Assembly: GCA_903864915.1 (NCBI GenBank)
Contig: CAIPHS010000007.1
Span: 114,933-178,932 of the forward strand
Length of the DNA stretch: 64,000 bases
Source: an uncultured Candidatus Woesearchaeota archaeon
Lineage (GTDB): Archaea; Nanobdellota; Nanobdellia; UBA10117
Direction of reading: 5' to 3'
Shown here: positions 27,594 to 37,001 of the stretch, piece by piece
Position numbering within the stretch: position 1 is the stretch's first letter
Layout: each line of letters starts with the position of its first letter
Notes under the pieces: generated by a model
Seen by the model: only the letters and a program-made list of their open reading frames with translations
The model's database searches: none
What the model was told of the DNA's origin: nothing
Position numbers and translations under genes: made by a program

Positions 27594-27923
27594 TCAAGCT
27601 AACTTTCTCCAAGTGTGCTTGCACTTGGTGCATCTCAAGAATTGCGTATCGACAGTATCTTCGTCGCCTACAGTCCCTGTTATGGTCTGCACCCACCAGT
27701 ATGCCCTGTCGTTCCCGCATTTCGGGCATTCTGCATCTGCCGTAGGGTATGTAGCTTCGATCTCCTTTGCCTTTTTGGGTATTTTTTCAGTTATTGAGTG
27801 TGTGATCTTTTCCTTTATCAGAATATCATTTTTTTCTGCTTTGACTCGTGAGCCGCATTTGGGGCAGATTGCCGTTTTCTTTGACGGCAGCATCAGGGTT
27901 TTGCATTTCGGGCAAAATTCCAT
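27594..27923 (-). CDS. Transcription factor S paralog with altered acidic hairpin
   Basis: MEFCPKC...CPKCG and CPKCGN..AYWW.QT...CTKC.H.WR; hairpin reads TITGTVGDEDTVDT. Confidence 0.85.
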   Translation of the reverse strand: MEFCPKCKTLMLPSKKTAICPKCGSRVKAEKNDILIKEKITHSITEKIPKKAKEIEATYPTADAECPKCGNDRAYWWVQTITGTVGDEDTVDTQFLRCTKCKHTWRKLA

Positions 27924-27924
27924 T

Positions 27925-28224
27925 TTAGTACTTCCTCCACCTGTGACCGCACTTAGTGCATATAAAGAATTGGGTCTCGGGCTCATCTGCAGCCCTTGTC
28001 TGCTGTGAGAACCAGTACGCTTCTTTATTACCGCATTTGGGGCAGTCTGCCTTCATAGTTGGCATTGTTTCCTGTATTTCCCTAGAATCTTGCTTTACTA
28101 TAGCTTTTCTCTTTACAGTTTCCTTTATTTCCGCTTTTGAGGCTTCCTTATGGCCGCAGCTGCTGCAAAGCACGCCTTCCTTCGTAGGCATCAGAATCCC
28201 TTTACATTTCGGACAAAATTGCAT
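27925..28224 (-). CDS. tfs: Transcription factor S (canonical)
   Basis: Two Zn ribbons; QTRAADEPETQFF.CTKCGH.WR with the catalytic DE pair. Confidence 0.95.
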   Translation of the reverse strand: MQFCPKCKGILMPTKEGVLCSSCGHKEASKAEIKETVKRKAIVKQDSREIQETMPTMKADCPKCGNKEAYWFSQQTRAADEPETQFFICTKCGHRWRKY

Positions 28225-28272
28225 GAGTGTCAGTCTTTGCTTAACACTAAAGTCTATTTTTATAGTTAACGG

Positions 28273-28899
28273 TTAGCGCTTGAATGCGGCCATTAATTCA
28301 ACAAAACCAACCTTTACCCAGCCGATAAGCGGTATCTTGAAAACCGCCTTTCCTTTTATCTGCTCCGAATGGACATCGAGTTCAAAACTCAGCTGGCCCT
28401 GGTTGGCATCGCCTTTGGTTTGTACAACGTTGTTTTCAATCTTCACTATCCTGTGGATTATTGGGTCTGCCTTTCCAGGTATTGTATAAACAATAACATC
28501 TCCAATCTTTAGATTGGCGAAAGAAGAGCCGTGAACTATAAAGACATCACCTTTGCTGAACCCATTTGTGTTCGGGAATGACAGAAACTGCTCTTTTGTT
28601 ATATTTTGCTCAGCATACCAATTTTTGTTCTGTTCCCACCAGCTATCAAAGCTGCCATGATGGTCCATTGAGCTTGAAACCACTGCGACCATCGGGAAAC
28701 TTGTTCCTAGAGCCAAACTAAGCAATGGAAGTACGATAAATTTTCCAATAACGATAACCAGAATCGCATCCGCGACGAAGGACCCGATAGACTCGTCGTG
28801 CGCCAGGAAGTGCCAGACTTTTCCCAACTTCGTCTTATGGGCATCATAGCCATGATGCTCTTTCTTCTTGAACCAATGTCTCCAGTCCGAACTCATCAT
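28273..28899 (-). CDS. Signal peptidase I (Sec11 type)
   Basis: VVSSSM, GD, IIHR, TKGDAN, IP.IG. Confidence 0.9.
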   Translation of the reverse strand: MMSSDWRHWFKKKEHHGYDAHKTKLGKVWHFLAHDESIGSFVADAILVIVIGKFIVLPLLSLALGTSFPMVAVVSSSMDHHGSFDSWWEQNKNWYAEQNITKEQFLSFPNTNGFSKGDVFIVHGSSFANLKIGDVIVYTIPGKADPIIHRIVKIENNVVQTKGDANQGQLSFELDVHSEQIKGKAVFKIPLIGWVKVGFVELMAAFKR

Positions 28900-28947
28900 G
28901 TTTTTTTACATCGACAGAAATATAAATCTGCGTTTTCTTTCTGAGTA

Positions 28948-29532
28948 ATGGCAAAGCCGTTCTTCAAAGAGCTGGCGGGGTTCCTAACACACCCAAAAAA
29001 TTCTTTCCTTGAAAAAAGCAAAACTACAATAGGCGAGGCTATGATATTTGGCCTGAAAGGTTATGCTCTCTTCGGGCTTCTATTATCAATTGTGATTGCA
29101 ATAATATTAGCCATGGCTGGACAAAGCACTCTTAGCCTTATCATGGTGCCTATTTTCCTTCTACTAATACCATTCTTTTTTGTCGGCACGCTCCTAGTTT
29201 CGCTCTGGCTTCACTTATGGGCCTATGTATTTGGAGCTAGGAATGGATTAGACAAAACCATCAAAGCAACATTCTATTCCAGCGCACCCATATTTGCACT
29301 CGGCTGGATACCCTTGGCATCTCTCGTAGCAGTTTTCTGGACACCAATCCTCTGTGGTATGGGATTGAAGCAACTGCAGAAGATGTCAACAGGCAGGGCT
29401 GCTGCAACAGTCATTGTTGCGATTGTAATACCTGCTATTTTGATTGTGCTGGCTGTGCTAGCATTGATTGCCACATTGCCAAGCATAGCGGGGTTAAGCA
29501 GCAGTTCAATAGCGATGCAAAATCTGTACTAA
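28948..29532 (+). CDS. YIP1 family membrane protein
   Basis: L..P...F start, five TM, T.KA..YS..P....WIP. Confidence 0.8.
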   Translation: MAKPFFKELAGFLTHPKNSFLEKSKTTIGEAMIFGLKGYALFGLLLSIVIAIILAMAGQSTLSLIMVPIFLLLIPFFFVGTLLVSLWLHLWAYVFGARNGLDKTIKATFYSSAPIFALGWIPLASLVAVFWTPILCGMGLKQLQKMSTGRAAATVIVAIVIPAILIVLAVLALIATLPSIAGLSSSSIAMQNLY

Positions 29533-29545
29533 AGAAATTTTTTCT

Positions 29546-29818
29546 TTACTTTAGCTTCTTTATTTCCTTGTCAAGCTTTTCCAAATCTTCCGACAAAGAA
29601 TCTATTGCAGAATTCCAGACCTTTTTTGCGTCCTTGCCTTTGGTCTTTAACAGGAAAACTGGCCTTGAGATTTCAGGATGTGCAAGCTTGAAAGCAGCCA
29701 TCTCGACACCAGCCTGTTTCCACAGGGCTTCTTTTATCATGTTCAAAAGGCCGTGGTCTGTCTCTGAGAATGTCAATTGCAGCTCGTCTTTCTCTTCCTT
29801 AAGGACCTCAATTTCCAT
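29546..29818 (-). CDS. rpoL: RNA polymerase subunit Rpo11 (L)
   Basis: DH.L.N.....L, V..A.F...HP. Confidence 0.9.
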   Translation of the reverse strand: MEIEVLKEEKDELQLTFSETDHGLLNMIKEALWKQAGVEMAAFKLAHPEISRPVFLLKTKGKDAKKVWNSAIDSLSEDLEKLDKEIKKLK

Positions 29819-29870
29819 ACATTAGAACGCTTAAAGTTGTTTTAAAAGCTTTTGGGCTATTTGGCTTGGT

Positions 29871-30545
29871 TTACAAGTCTAAATCTGCCGCATTTACCAA
29901 AGGCCTGCTGAATTCATCCTCTGCAATCCTTGGGCATGCAGTGTTTACCCAAGCTCCAACATGTGGGAAATTCATCAGCTCTGCATTTGTTATAGAATCA
30001 CACACAAACAAATAGACTTTTTTCCCTTGTTTCTCCAGCTTTTCTTTTATGTTCTCTGCAGTTGCGCAGAACTGCCCTGGTTTCGTTGAAACTAATATTC
30101 CAATTGTTTTTGCGTCCTTGAATTTTGCAAGCATCAGAACCTTCCTTTTCCAAAGCTTCTGTTTTTCAGCCTCAGGTAGAAGTTTTAGGTTTTCTGTAAA
30201 TGGATTATAAACATAAATCGGCTTGGAAGTTTTTGCAAGCAGTCCTGTAGGGTGAAAATCTCCGGTTCCAATGTACAAGAAGCATTCAACCTCTTTTTCA
30301 ACAGAAAGTGCTGCGGAAACATCGCAGCCTAAAATCTGCCCTTCCAATACTGCCGGACCTTTCGGTTTCCCTATGAAAACTTTGAAGCCTTTCTTCTGCA
30401 GTAATTTTTTAATCAAAGGCAACTGGTTTGCAAACTGGACTGTAGCAATCAATCCTATCTTCTTGCAATTAGTCTTGGATATGTTTTTTTCCAAGCCTTT
30501 TGCAACATCCTTCTTTGCTTTAGCTTCCACAAACAGCAATTTCAT
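29871..30545 (-). CDS. dph2: Diphthamide synthesis Dph2, C-terminal part
   Basis: T.QF, GQILGCD, G.G.FH, STKPGQ, NTACPRI; lacks the N-terminal domain; start refined to MKLLFVEAK. Confidence 0.85.
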   Translation of the reverse strand: MKLLFVEAKAKKDVAKGLEKNISKTNCKKIGLIATVQFANQLPLIKKLLQKKGFKVFIGKPKGPAVLEGQILGCDVSAALSVEKEVECFLYIGTGDFHPTGLLAKTSKPIYVYNPFTENLKLLPEAEKQKLWKRKVLMLAKFKDAKTIGILVSTKPGQFCATAENIKEKLEKQGKKVYLFVCDSITNAELMNFPHVGAWVNTACPRIAEDEFSRPLVNAADLDL

Positions 30546-30580
30546 AATTGTTCGCTCAAGTATACAATTTAAATGTCTTG

Positions 30581-33160
30581 TTATGGCAAAACTTCGTTCA
30601 GTGCAGCTTCTTGCCATCCTGAATCCAGCAGCGACTTCTTTATCTGTTGTGGGGTCTGCCCTTCATCAAGCACTTTCTTGACAAAATCCTTTAATTTACC
30701 CACGTCATCCGTAGGCTCTAAAACGCCTGCTTTCTTTGCATCCCCTTCAACATGCGCCTGTGTGAACTTTGATAGCACATCGTCAACTGTTGATGAAGGC
30801 CATTGTGCAGACATCAAAGCTGTCCTTATTTGTGCTGGCGTGAATCCTGTGTCCAAACATTTCTTTGTATAATCTTCTGCATCCTTAATCTCATCTGAAG
30901 GAACATCGACACCATATTTTTCAGCCAAATCTCCCAATTGTGACTGGTCCTGGTGCGCAGAAGCCAATGCGCCTTGTATGTCATCCGAAGACCATCCGGA
31001 ATTTGTAAGGTTCTGTGAAACCTCTGCTGGTGAATAGCCCTGGCTCAGCATGGTATTTACGGCAGGCTCCAAATCTCCGCCAGTTGTAGGTTCATTGACA
31101 CCATGAGCCTGAGCTAACGTGTTTAGATTTGATTTTCTTTTGTAGATATAATACGCCAAACCACCAACAACGCCCCCTATTATTGCAATTATCGCTATTA
31201 TCAAGCCAAAATTGGTTGCCTTGCAGTCAGCAGGGCTTGTTATTGCACTTTCGCCGGCTGCGGTGTCGCATTTTCCATCCCCAACTAAGTACAAGCAAGT
31301 ACAATCCGCATTGCAAGCTCCCGGGCAACTGATAGCGTCTGTTCCATCACATTGTTCCCCGACTTCAGCAATATTATTTCCACAGGCAGCAGGCTGCGTG
31401 GTCGCTTCCTTGCATACTGTTCCTACAAGTTCCTGGCCGTACGGGCAGCCGCAATCTACTGGACAGGTGTCCTGCGTCTCGTTGGCATCGCACTTGCTAT
31501 TTCCACAGACTGAAGATGCCAGCGGCAAGGTTTGGTTATGCTGCCCACAGCCTTCCAGAGGATCATCAGTCAGATTATTGCAATTGTTATCTATTTTATC
31601 TATGCAAATCTCAGTGATAGGAATTACTTGGCCATTGCACGAACCCCAAGTTCCATCAGAGTTGCATGTCTGCGTACCGTTATGGCAGGCACCAACACCT
31701 GAAGTGTTAGTCGACCCTGTGTAACATGATTGAGTCTGGTTTGCTGTGCAAGATATTATGCACTTGCCATTTATACAAGACATATTGGCTGCGCATTTAT
31801 TTCCATAAGTTCCGCAATTATCAGCCGTGTTGCAAACACCGCCTTCATCTATCTGGCTATTGCAGTTGTCATCTATGCCGTTGCACACTTCGCGCCATTC
31901 TCCCGGTTTTATTGCGCCATTATAGCACTTGCATTTTGTATCATTTGCGGAAGCGCCGCCATTAACGTCATCAATAATGCCGTTGCAGTCATTATCTATT
32001 CCATCACAAGCCACTTCCGGCTTTAGCTGGAAGGTTGAAGCATTCACCGCAGGACTGCTTGCAGTTATGTGTGCTTGATTTAATGAATCGAAATAAGAAT
32101 TGCAAGCTGGGTCGCACTTGTCTGCGTTCGCATCAGCCCATCCGCCCTGATTGCCAGACTGGTCGCCTTGCACATCACAGGCGTTGCAATCCTTTAGACC
32201 TAATGGGCTCGCACAAGTGTCATTTTCACCAGTGTTGCTGCAAGTCTTCGTAGTTTCATTTTTTAGCCCCCCACAGCTGCAGGTAGTGGTATTGCAACTT
32301 CCTGATATTTGAACTATATTTTGACCTTGGCAGGAAAGCCCTCCGCCAGATGCTTGGCAATCACTATCATTTCCGCAAGATGCACCGCAGCTACCCTTAA
32401 TGCAGGTGTTCTGGCAATTTATTTCAGAGAAGCAAGCACAAATATAATTTTCATTAGAATCATAACTATTTGAACAAAAGCCCTGTTTAAGAGTAAACGC
32501 GCATGTGTAATTTGTATTAGCTACACAAGAGCTTGCTGGCGTGCAGTACCCAGAACATTCGCCTTGCGGTAGTTTTGAGCAGTCAATACCTCCAGCACAA
32601 GCAGGGTCATTAGCATAACAATCAGGGTCTAAGCAGTCTATATATCCATCACCATCATTATCTTTTCCATCTGTGCAGTTTGTTTCTGCACAAGTTGGCG
32701 TGCACGTACAGCTTCCTGCAGCATTGCATACGTTATCGCACGCAGAACCTGAACTTCCTGAAGGGCAGCTTGTCGTGCCGCCACAAGCTTTGTTTAAGCA
32801 ATCAGAATCTGCACAATCTGTTGCGTAATCACTATCATCATCTATGCCGTTGCTGCAATTAGTTTCTGCCGCTGCTGCTTTCCATGTACAGCCCACACCC
32901 GTACAAGAATCTTGGTCTGTGTATGTGTTACATGCTGATGGATTTCCCCAGCAGAAAAAGCTGTACCATGTACAACCAACGGCTTTGCAAGCATCAGAGT
33001 TGTCATAGGTACTGCACGCACTTGGATTTCCTGAGCAAGAACCAGCTGATGCCGCGCCAGTAATGCTGGCATTCGGACCAAGGAATTTTATGCCTGCTAA
33101 CACTATAACTGCCAGAAGGATTGCAACAACTATGACTGCAGTGGCCTTACCGCTTTTCAT
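30581..33160 (-). CDS. Large Cys-rich cell-surface protein with one TM and a repeated cytoplasmic tail
   Basis: Signal peptide; repeated C.(N/D)G.D.DC.G.ID motifs and CG(N/D)...E.C repeats; TM near residue 650-672; three GY/F..I...L...GW repeats. Confidence 0.85.
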   Translation of the reverse strand: MKSGKATAVIVVAILLAVIVLAGIKFLGPNASITGAASAGSCSGNPSACSTYDNSDACKAVGCTWYSFFCWGNPSACNTYTDQDSCTGVGCTWKAAAAETNCSNGIDDDSDYATDCADSDCLNKACGGTTSCPSGSSGSACDNVCNAAGSCTCTPTCAETNCTDGKDNDGDGYIDCLDPDCYANDPACAGGIDCSKLPQGECSGYCTPASSCVANTNYTCAFTLKQGFCSNSYDSNENYICACFSEINCQNTCIKGSCGASCGNDSDCQASGGGLSCQGQNIVQISGSCNTTTCSCGGLKNETTKTCSNTGENDTCASPLGLKDCNACDVQGDQSGNQGGWADANADKCDPACNSYFDSLNQAHITASSPAVNASTFQLKPEVACDGIDNDCNGIIDDVNGGASANDTKCKCYNGAIKPGEWREVCNGIDDNCNSQIDEGGVCNTADNCGTYGNKCAANMSCINGKCIISCTANQTQSCYTGSTNTSGVGACHNGTQTCNSDGTWGSCNGQVIPITEICIDKIDNNCNNLTDDPLEGCGQHNQTLPLASSVCGNSKCDANETQDTCPVDCGCPYGQELVGTVCKEATTQPAACGNNIAEVGEQCDGTDAISCPGACNADCTCLYLVGDGKCDTAAGESAITSPADCKATNFGLIIAIIAIIGGVVGGLAYYIYKRKSNLNTLAQAHGVNEPTTGGDLEPAVNTMLSQGYSPAEVSQNLTNSGWSSDDIQGALASAHQDQSQLGDLAEKYGVDVPSDEIKDAEDYTKKCLDTGFTPAQIRTALMSAQWPSSTVDDVLSKFTQAHVEGDAKKAGVLEPTDDVGKLKDFVKKVLDEGQTPQQIKKSLLDSGWQEAALNEVLP

Positions 33161-33217
33161 CTGTTAAGATTATAGAAAGTCTCTATATAAATAATATGTT
33201 AATCTTGATAAGAAGTT

Positions 33218-33253
33218 AAAATAGAACAAAAAATTAAAAAGAAAAAGAAAAAA
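33218..33253 (-). terminator. Long oligo-T terminator
   Basis: A-rich tract on the + strand (T-rich on the - strand) just after the stop of 33262-33549. Confidence 0.5.
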
Positions 33254-33261
33254 TCAACGGC

Positions 33262-33549
33262 TTACTTCAGCTTGCTGAAGATCTGTATAGCCATTGATAT
33301 TGCGCCGATCAACACTAGTATGAATGCTATTACCCAGAAAATTATGTTGATCCAGCTTACAGCAGTTGCGATGGATGGTATTCCAGTCGCTACAGGTTCA
33401 AGCACTGCTGCCAGAATCAAGAATACTGCACCTGATGCGATGTATCCTAGTTCCTTCTTCAATGCTTCGACATATCCGCTGTATTTCAATAGGGCCAGTC
33501 CTACTAGGACTCCAACGCCTATTCCCAATGTTCCTTCTAAAAAGGCCAT
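33262..33549 (-). CDS. Three-TM small membrane protein (paralog A)
   Basis: Hydrophobic; aligns with 33639-33923. Confidence 0.8.
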   Translation of the reverse strand: MAFLEGTLGIGVGVLVGLALLKYSGYVEALKKELGYIASGAVFLILAAVLEPVATGIPSIATAVSWINIIFWVIAFILVLIGAISMAIQIFSKLK

Positions 33550-33638
33550 TTTTTGTCATGTCCTCCGTTTTTTAACGGATAATGATTTTTACGAGGCTTA
33601 ACATATAAGCCTGTTTCATTACTTCTAAGTGGATACGC

Positions 33639-33923
33639 TTATTTGCGCATTAAATCGATTGCTGCCCACAGGCCGCCTATCACAATCAGTATGAAGGCTA
33701 TTAATTCCCAAGCAAATGTTATCCAGCCCATCGCAGTTCCGGTTGCAATCTTTGTTGCAAATGTCCCTGCGCTCCAGGCTAAGTCGATGATGTAAAACAT
33801 CACACCTGCTGCTATGAAGCCTGCTGCCCTCTGTACTATGTGCAGTATGCCTGCATATCTCAGCAATACCAGCGTACCGGCCAGTCCTAATACCAGCCCA
33901 AATATGGTTTCTTCAATTGCCAT
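33639..33923 (-). CDS. Three-TM small membrane protein (paralog B)
   Basis: Hydrophobic; aligns with 33262-33549. Confidence 0.8.
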   Translation of the reverse strand: MAIEETIFGLVLGLAGTLVLLRYAGILHIVQRAAGFIAAGVMFYIIDLAWSAGTFATKIATGTAMGWITFAWELIAFILIVIGGLWAAIDLMRK

Positions 33924-34029
33924 GTTAAGCTTAATTTGATTATTATATTATATAATAGTGTGTCACTACGGGTGTATTTCAATTAGCCAAGGCACAAGGT
34001 ATTAAAGATTTAAGTTTTGGGCTTGAAAT

Positions 34030-34854
34030 ATGAAACTGGTTGACTATCACATACACTGCAACTATACCTAGGATAACAAAAACAAAGTTGGAGATATTAT
34101 CGAAAATATTTCCAAAGCAAACAAGTTCAGGGATGCGTGCATCGTTGCGCATTTTGAGCCGTCGACCTTCGGCATACTTAATCCGCCAAACTCCATAGAG
34201 AATGACCAGATTTACACATTCCTGAAAGAAGTTGAGACATACAACTCTGAGTTCGGCCAGCATGTAAAAGCTGGGCTGGAAGTGGAATACGAAGAGGGTT
34301 ATGAAAAAGTGCTTGAAGTACTGCTGGAAGAATACCCTCTTGATTTCGTCCTTGGCTCCTGCCACTGGCTCTGCAAGAACCAATATCTCATATCAGGCGC
34401 TGCAGAATCTGCAAAAAAATTATTCAATAAATATTCTCCAGAAGAAGTGGCTAAAATCTACTTCGACAAGATGGGCAAGGCTATAAAATCAGACTTATTT
34501 GATTCGATGGCACATCTGGATATAATAAAAAGAAACTCAAAAAACTGCTGCGGATATTTCCCGCAAAACGCCTATTCAAAATACTTTCCAAGAATTGCGA
34601 AGCTGCTGAAGAAACACGACACCTGTTTTGAGGTCAACACTAATCCTCCTGGTTATCCTTCACTTGAAGGAATAAAAATTCTGTATGATTGTGGAGCAAG
34701 AAACGTTACAATAGGTTCTGATGCGCACACGCTGGACAGGATTGGAGAAAGGGTGCCTGAAGCCCTTGCTTTGCTAAAAGACACAAGGTTTTCATACATA
34801 TGCACTTTTGACCAGAGGAAGATGCAGAAAATCCCACTCAAATCCTTGTGCTGA
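34030..34854 (+). pseudogene. PHP family (HisK-like) phosphatase interrupted by an in-frame TAG at codon 14
   Basis: MKLVDYHIHCNYT*DNKN... is in frame with GLEVE, DFVLGSCH, AHLD, FEVNT and GSDAH. Confidence 0.8.
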
Positions 34855-34896
34855 ATTGGCGCTTTGTTTTTAAGACTAACGCCAATAAATAGTTGC

Positions 34897-36033
34897 ATGA
34901 GTCTCGAAGAAAAAGTGGGTTTGCTTATTAAAATTCCGAAAATAAGAGAAATTATAATGGATTATGTGTGCATTCAGGAAGACTCTGTCAAAATACCATA
35001 CTTCACCATGCTTCTGGAAGCAAATCCTGCAGACTATAACATGGCATATGAGTTGGCTGGTACGCTTTGCAGGCATGGCGAATACGACCAGGCCAGCAAA
35101 GTCAGCGCTCAGTATCTGAATCCTGACGACCAAAAACTAATTGGGAATAAAATCTGCTTTGGCAAGGCCAAAGCACTATGGCAAAAGGATAACTATGATG
35201 CTGCATTGCAAGAGCTTGAAAACCTGCATGATGAGAACAGAAACTCTGCAGCCAACAGACTAGTGAAGGAGTATATGCCTGGCGCAAAGGTGACAATCTA
35301 TGAATTTAAACAACTCCTTGATAAATTCGGCCTTGCTCAGATTCCACACCAGTCATGGAAAAGTACTGTAGACCAAGCGCTGAAAACAGATCTGGAGAAT
35401 TGTATGAAGAGCAATGTGCCAGAGAGCTTTTCTCAATTTTTGGATAAACTTAATAGTATCAAAAACTGTTACACAGACGTATACAAAACCCTTCTGTTTA
35501 ATGCTGCATCAAAGCGAGCAGAATTGTTAGTTAAAGACAACAAACAATTTGAAGCTATAGAGAGTTTAAAGATTTTAACACCTGAAAAGGCACTTTACGA
35601 AAAAGGTTTGCAAGACCTGCTTAATGTTGTTGACGAGCGCCATCAGCTATCCATCTGTAATTTACTGCTTGAACGACAGCCTAACAACGCCGGATTTTGG
35701 TACTCTAAGGCAAAATTATTAGGAAAAGCGCAGCAAGTAGATGATGCGATTATGGCTTACGATAGGGCTATTGAGCTTGGCGCCAAAGATGCCAGAATGG
35801 ATAAGGCAAGATTGTTAGAAACAAAAGGGGACTATAAAGAAGCTGTTAGACTTTACGAAAATATGATATATTATGGTCAAATTAGCCAGGGGTTGCTAGC
35901 TGAGGCTGAAACAAGGCGAAAAAACCTGCTCGAAAAGCTGCCAGAACCGGAAGAGCCAAAAGTGCCGGAGAAAAAGGTTGAAAAGAAAGGCGTGTTTAAC
36001 CGTTCGAGAAAGACAAAGAAGAAAAAGCGTTAA
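34897..36033 (+). CDS. TPR-repeat protein
   Basis: WYSKA..L......DAI.AYDRAIEL and similar helical repeats; basic C-terminal tail. Confidence 0.8.
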   Translation: MSLEEKVGLLIKIPKIREIIMDYVCIQEDSVKIPYFTMLLEANPADYNMAYELAGTLCRHGEYDQASKVSAQYLNPDDQKLIGNKICFGKAKALWQKDNYDAALQELENLHDENRNSAANRLVKEYMPGAKVTIYEFKQLLDKFGLAQIPHQSWKSTVDQALKTDLENCMKSNVPESFSQFLDKLNSIKNCYTDVYKTLLFNAASKRAELLVKDNKQFEAIESLKILTPEKALYEKGLQDLLNVVDERHQLSICNLLLERQPNNAGFWYSKAKLLGKAQQVDDAIMAYDRAIELGAKDARMDKARLLETKGDYKEAVRLYENMIYYGQISQGLLAEAETRRKNLLEKLPEPEEPKVPEKKVEKKGVFNRSRKTKKKKR

Positions 36034-36037
36034 AGAA

Positions 36038-36313
36038 TTATTTTCTGAAAATAGAGTGTCCGAAGTTAACTAACAAATCAAAGCCTAATGTCTCTAACTG
36101 GATAGGAACATCACAGGCACCAAAATTGGAGCCAGCCCATATGAAAAGCTGCGCAGTCAATTTTTTCTTCTTTAGCAATACATTCAATCCATCAACGATT
36201 TTGTCTGAATCGAGTTTCAAGCCATCAGGCAGCTGCAAACATATTTTTGGATTCTTCTTTTTCAGCTTGGCTATCTCAGCTGCAACTTTTTCCAATTCCA
36301 AGTCATAATTCAT
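36038..36313 (-). CDS. dph2: Diphthamide synthesis Dph2, N-terminal part
   Basis: YDLEL, LQLPDGLK, FGACD, DLL..FGH, then stop. Confidence 0.85.
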   Translation of the reverse strand: MNYDLELEKVAAEIAKLKKKNPKICLQLPDGLKLDSDKIVDGLNVLLKKKKLTAQLFIWAGSNFGACDVPIQLETLGFDLLVNFGHSIFRK

Positions 36314-36340
36314 AACAATCGTTTACTCAAGCGAACACTT

Positions 36341-36949
36341 TTAAACTTTCTTATTGCGCCTTCGTTTCTTGACAAACAGCCAGCCAAGCCCCACACCAAG
36401 CACAAGGAAAATTATTGCAAACACGATGGAGAAGTCCTGCACGTATTTTACAATAAGTGCCAGATTCTGACCTGCAAAATAACCTATGCCAATTATTGTA
36501 GGAACCATTACCAGAGCGCCTGCAAAATTATAGGAAATGAACTTTTTCCAAGGAACTCTGCCAGCTCCGGAAAGAATTGGCGCTACAACTCTGAGGCCAA
36601 ACACGAAACGTGCAAGGAAAATAGTCCTGTAAGGATGTTCGTGGAAGGCGTTAATCAACTTGTTCATTGTTTTTTCCCAGAATTTCCCCCTCACGAATTT
36701 ATCTAGTATGCCTTCCCCATATTTGCGCCCGATAAAATAACCAATATTATCGCCTGCAAAAACTGCAAGCAATCCTACTATGATTGCTATTGGCAATCGG
36801 ATATAATGCATCGAGGCTGCCCAGCCAGCCACAAGAAAGACAGGGTCTTCAGGCAATGGAACGCCAAATGAGCTTGCAGTGATTAGGCTAAATATCGCCA
36901 CATAACCGAGCTGTTCCACTATCTGTTCCAAACCAATTAACAGCGCCAC
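36341..36949 (-). CDS. DedA family membrane protein
   Basis: G.PLP.D, GD..GY..GR, F.ARF..G.R. Confidence 0.92.
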   Translation of the reverse strand: MALLIGLEQIVEQLGYVAIFSLITASSFGVPLPEDPVFLVAGWAASMHYIRLPIAIIVGLLAVFAGDNIGYFIGRKYGEGILDKFVRGKFWEKTMNKLINAFHEHPYRTIFLARFVFGLRVVAPILSGAGRVPWKKFISYNFAGALVMVPTIIGIGYFAGQNLALIVKYVQDFSIVFAIIFLVLGVGLGWLFVKKRRRNKKV

Positions 36950-37001
36950 AGACTCTCTTTCGAAGCTATTCTTTTTAAACCTTAGTCAATGAATTGACTT
37001 C

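Noticed and set aside
33979-34383. 134-aa minus-strand ORF
   Set aside because: Antisense to the N-terminal part of the PHP gene
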